Part shown: positions 60,366 to 64,000 of the stretch, piece by piece
Position numbering within the stretch: the first letter of the stretch is position 1
How the letters are laid out: each line of letters begins with the position of its first letter
Assembly (NCBI GenBank): GCA_963816395.1
Contig: CAWFKQ010000007.1
Location: forward strand, 415,929-479,928
Origin: an uncultured delta proteobacterium
Lineage (GTDB): Bacteria > Desulfobacterota > Desulfuromonadia > Desulfuromonadales > JACZKF01
Direction: 5' to 3'
Length of the DNA stretch: 64,000 bases
The notes under the pieces: model-generated
What the model saw: the letters and a program-made list of their open reading frames with translations, nothing else
The model's database searches: none
Told to the model about the DNA's origin: nothing
Made by a program: the position numbers and the translations under genes

Positions 60366-61626
60366 TCAGTCGCCCTTCGGCGCCGGGGCGGTTTTTGGCA
60401 CGGCGGCGGCCGGTCCTGGCGCTGGGGGCTGCTGGACCTGCGGGAGCGGCCGGGTGGCGCACCGCGACCGCGGCACCCGGCTGCAGCGCCAGCCCGCCGT
60501 CGATCACCACCCGGTCGCCGGCGCGCAGCCCCTCGGCGATGAACCAGTCGTTCCCGTGCCACTCGCCGACGGTTACCGGTCGGTATTCGGCCTTCCCCTC
60601 CTGGCTCACCACCCAGACGAAATGCCCCTTCGCCCCCAGCAGTACCGCCCGTTGCGGCACGACGATCGCTTCTGGCCGGACGGCGCCATGCAGGCGGACC
60701 CGGACATACTGGTTCGGGCGGAGGATGCCGTCGGGGTTGGCGACGTTGACGCGCAGGAGAAACGTCCCGGTCTGGGCGTCGTAGGCGGGAGCGGCGAAGG
60801 TGATCAGCCCCTTCTGGGGAAAGAGCGAGTCATCGATCATGACGATGTCGACCTGATATTTCCCGTCGGGGGGCGGGACCAGCACCTTACTGGCGACCTG
60901 GTCACGGTACCTCTGCATCTCGTTTTCGGAGAGACTGAAGTTCACCCAGATCGGCGAGAGGGCGGCCACGGTGGTGAGTTGACTGTTCTGCGGACTGAGG
61001 TAAGAGCCTTCCTGCTGCAGGGCGGCGCCGGTGATGCCGGTAATCGGAGAGGAGATGGTGCAGTAGGAGAGGTTGAGCCGCGCCGTCTCGAGCTGAGATT
61101 TGGATTGCTCCACCGCCGCCGCCGCCGAGTGGTAGTTGCCGGTGGCCTCGTCCAGGTCCTTCTGCGACAGGGCATGCTGGGCGACCAGCGGCCGGGTGCG
61201 CTCCAGGTTCAACCGCGCCGTTTCCAAGGCCGCCCGCTGCCGGGCCAGGGCTGCGATCATGCCGTCAACCTGGGCCTGGAATGGTTTTTTGTCCATGAGA
61301 AAGAGAAGCTGTCCCGCCTTTACGATGCTGCCCTCGGTATAGACCTGCTGGTCGAGGAAACCGCTGACCCGGGCCTGGATACTCACCTGATGGGAACTCT
61401 GGGTCCGCCCCAGGAACTCGAAGGTGACCGGGATGTCACGGGGGGTGACGGTCACCACCGTCACCTCGGCAGGGCGCATTTCCGGGTTTTTCGCTTTGTC
61501 CTTACTGCAGCCCATGACCGCAGCAAGAAGCGGGAGGACAGAGGCCAACACCGCAGCAGCCAGCCACGGCCTGATGCCACGCCGGCAGCGGACCGCCCCC
61601 GATCTGCAGGAATCCTGGTAAGGCAT
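60366..61626 (-). CDS. RND periplasmic adaptor (MFP); read through into the permease via a probable frameshift near 60425
   Basis: Lipobox-like VMGC, IQARVSG, ISSPITG, LRPNQYVRV. The shifted frame gives PAPGPAAAVPKTAPAPKGD* ending at 60366. Confidence 0.88.
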
Positions 61627-61788
61627 CGGAATCCTCCCCGTTCCTCTGGCGCATTTAAATCTCCAGATTACCAGGCGATTCCTGATGGTCCAGCAGGTGG
61701 ATGAAAAATACCCATCTGCCCGCATAACTGCTTGTAATGAGGGTCGGTGGGCTTTAATTTAGGGAAAATTTGAACTTACGCCGCCGCC

Positions 61789-62725
61789 CTATTTGGCCTT
61801 CTGGAGATAACGGTAAAAATCGGAATCGGTGGAGATGACCATCTTGGCGTTTTCCCGCACCGCCTTGCGATACGATTCGAGGCTGCGCACGAAGCGGTAG
61901 AATTCGGGATCCTTGCCGTAGGCGGCGGCGTAGATGGCCGCGGCCTTGGCGTCGGCTTTGCCGCGGGTCTCCACCGAGGTCTGGTAGGCTTCCGATTCGA
62001 TACGCTTGAGCTCCTTCTGCATCTGCCCGAGAATGTCGGCTTTTTCCCCCTCGCCTTCTGAGCGGTACTGGGCGGCGACCTTTTTTCGCTCCGCAATCAT
62101 CCGCTCGTAGACCCGGGTGCGCACCTGCTCCACGTAATTTATGCGCTTGATCTGCACATCGATCAGTTCGATGCCGTAATCCGGAGTGCTGGCCCGCGCC
62201 TGCGCCAGGATGGAATTCAGGATCTGCTCCCTGCCGGCCAATTTGTCCACCGGAACGGCGGCGGCCCCTTCAATCTCGAAGACTTCCTCCTTGATCCCGG
62301 CCGGCGGCCTTGTAGTCTTTACCACGCACCAGCTCCACCAGCAGATGTCCCGAGACGGCGTCGCGCACCACCGAGTCGAGGATATCGTCCAGGCGGCTCT
62401 GGGCTCCCTGCTCGGTGGCCACGGTCTTGAAGAAGAGCAGGGGATCGGCAATCCGCCAGCGGGCAGTGGTGTCGATCCAGATATAGCGCTTGTCCTTGGT
62501 GGGGATCTGGTTCGGATCGCCGTCCCATTTCAGGATGCGGCTCTGGAACAGGTGCGCCTCCTGGATCAAGGGAATCTTGAAGTGCAGTCCCGCCTGGTAG
62601 ATATTACCGACCGGCTTGCCGAACTGGGTGACCAGGGCCTGCTCCCCCTCTTCGACCACGAACAGGCTGCCGCTGACGAGAAAGACCAGGGCGATGACGA
62701 CGATAATCAGCAGAGGCTTTTTCAT
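61789..62725 (-). CDS. hflC: Protease modulator HflC, apparent frameshift near 62310
   Basis: TM, QFGKP, GLHFKIP and TKDK in one frame; GIELIDVQIKRI, RMIAER and DPEFYRFVRSLESY in another. Confidence 0.88.
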
Positions 62726-63751
62726 TTCGTCGTCCCTCCTGTCTTCTCGCTGCGCAGCGGGAGCAGAGGAAACGCTCCGGGCCCTTTGCCATCCATGATA
62801 TAGACTTCCTCCATTCGGGGGAGAACCTCCTCCAGAGTTTCCAGGTAAAGGCGCTGCCGGGTGACTTCCGGCGCCTTGCGGTATTCGGTCAGCAGGGCGA
62901 GATAACGGTTGCTTTCCCCTTCGGCCTTGTTGACCCTTTCCACGGCGTATCCTTCTGCGTTCAGGATGGTGTTCCTGGCCACCCCCTTGGCCTTGGGGAC
63001 CTCGTTGTTATACTGTTCCCGGGCCTGGAAGATAAGACTCTCCTTCTGCTGTTCGGCTTCATTGACCTCATTGAAGGCCGCCTTGACCGGATCGGGTGGG
63101 TTGACGTCCTGGAATTTCACGGTGACGATGCGCACCCCGATGTCGTAGTTGTTGAGAGTGTCCTGCAGATCCTTCTCGATGGCCGAAGAAAGCATGGCCC
63201 GCTCGGTGGTCAGGACTTCGGAGACATTGGAATTGCCCACCACTTTGCGCACCATCACTTCCGAGATGTCCCGAATGGCCTGCTCGGGGTCTTTGATCCG
63301 GAACAGGAATTTGTACGGATCGGCCACCTGGTACTGGACGATCCATTCGATATCGCTGACGTTGAGATCGCCGGTCAGGGTCAGGGACTCCTCCTCGAGC
63401 CCCTGTCTTGCTGTAGGTGGTGCGAACTCCCGGCTGCACGGTGCGGAAGCCGAATTCCTCCTTCAGCACCCGGCCGGTGCGCACCAGATAGATGCGGTCG
63501 ATGCCGAAGGGGAGTTTGAAATGCAGGCCGGGCTGGGCGAATCCGGCGAACTGGCCGAAGCGCAGGACCACGCCCGTCTGTTCCGTATCGACCTTGTAGA
63601 AGCTGCCGGTGGCCCCCCAGATAAGCAGCAGGAGCAAGACGATGCCGAGGAAAAATTTGACCGGCGGTTTGTTGTTCTTGAGGCGATCGACGATTTCGAT
63701 GACCTTCTTCTCCACCTGGTCACCGCTCTGTCCCCACTGCCAATCTTGCAT
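62722..63751 (-). CDS. hflK: Protease modulator HflK, apparent frameshift near 63410
   Basis: GVVLRFG and PGLHFKLPFGID in one frame; LTGD, VNPPDPVKAAFNEV and APEVTRQRLYLET in another; AAGGAG RBS. Confidence 0.88.
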
Positions 63752-63861
63752 GATCTCTCCTTGAGGATTCGCAAATTCATCTTTCCGCCACAGTCTCACC
63801 AAGCTTTTATCCGCCGGGTGATACAGTGGAAGGGGAACCATAACACAGCGGGTTATCTTTC

Positions 63862-64000
63862 ATGAAAGCTATACTTCACCCGGGCGAAGCCGTCCGGAGA
63901 GTGCTCCTTATCGCGCTGGTCATTCTCGTCCTGGCGGTACTCGGCGCCGTCTGTCTGCACTCCCTCGAAGAAATTCACTACCTCAAATCATTCTTCCCAC
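63862..64000 (+). CDS. Possible start of a membrane-anchored protein, truncated by the window edge
   Basis: MKAILHPGEAVRRVLLIALVILVLAVLGAVCL... is open to the end of the window and has a hydrophobic helix. Confidence 0.45.
   Translation, partial: MKAILHPGEAVRRVLLIALVILVLAVLGAVCLHSLEEIHYLKSFFP

Noticed and set aside
57151..61725. 1524-aa ORF looking like a novel MFP-RND permease fusion
   Set aside because: The permease has its own strong RBS and canonical start at 60348. A one-base shift at the G run near 60425 restores a normal MFP tail and stop at 60366. Probably an artefact.

Overview
A GC-rich bacterial chromosome segment. Gene content and order suggest Desulfuromonadales/Geobacterales-type Deltaproteobacteria (inference). 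About 75% is housekeeping: pheA-tyrA-aroA-cmk-ispH-rpsA-sppA-ihfB; DUF2065-queA-tgt-yajC-secDF-TPR-recJ; leuB-asd-asd-ecfT-truA-usp-rplM-rpsI-argC; a large NAD-glutamate dehydrogenase; rsmA, tsaD and PIN-PhoH; B12-dependent nrdJ with tandem NrdR boxes; hflKC; and an RND efflux operon. A translationally coupled pair at 20.7-25.0 kb (HD-GYP phosphodiesterase with a heme-c motif, plus a GGEEF cyclase) lies behind a sigma54-type promoter. An accessory patch at 48.0-55.6 kb holds two toxin-antitoxin modules, gene remnants, a methyltransferase, RecQ, a MORN protein, a signal-peptide-bearing ATP-dependent DNA ligase and a conserved unknown protein. At least 11 apparent small frameshifts, several at homopolymers, point to uncorrected long-read errors, so the apparent fusions and pseudogenes are suspect. 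The most notable unexplained signals are a cyclic-dinucleotide (GEMM-I)-riboswitch-like structure upstream of nrdJ, several families of short-unit inverted repeats at operon junctions, and a ~400 nt unit bounded by a promoter and terminator with no convincing ORF. No rRNA, tRNA, CRISPR array, integrase or transposase was recognised. All calls are by eye; no searches were run.
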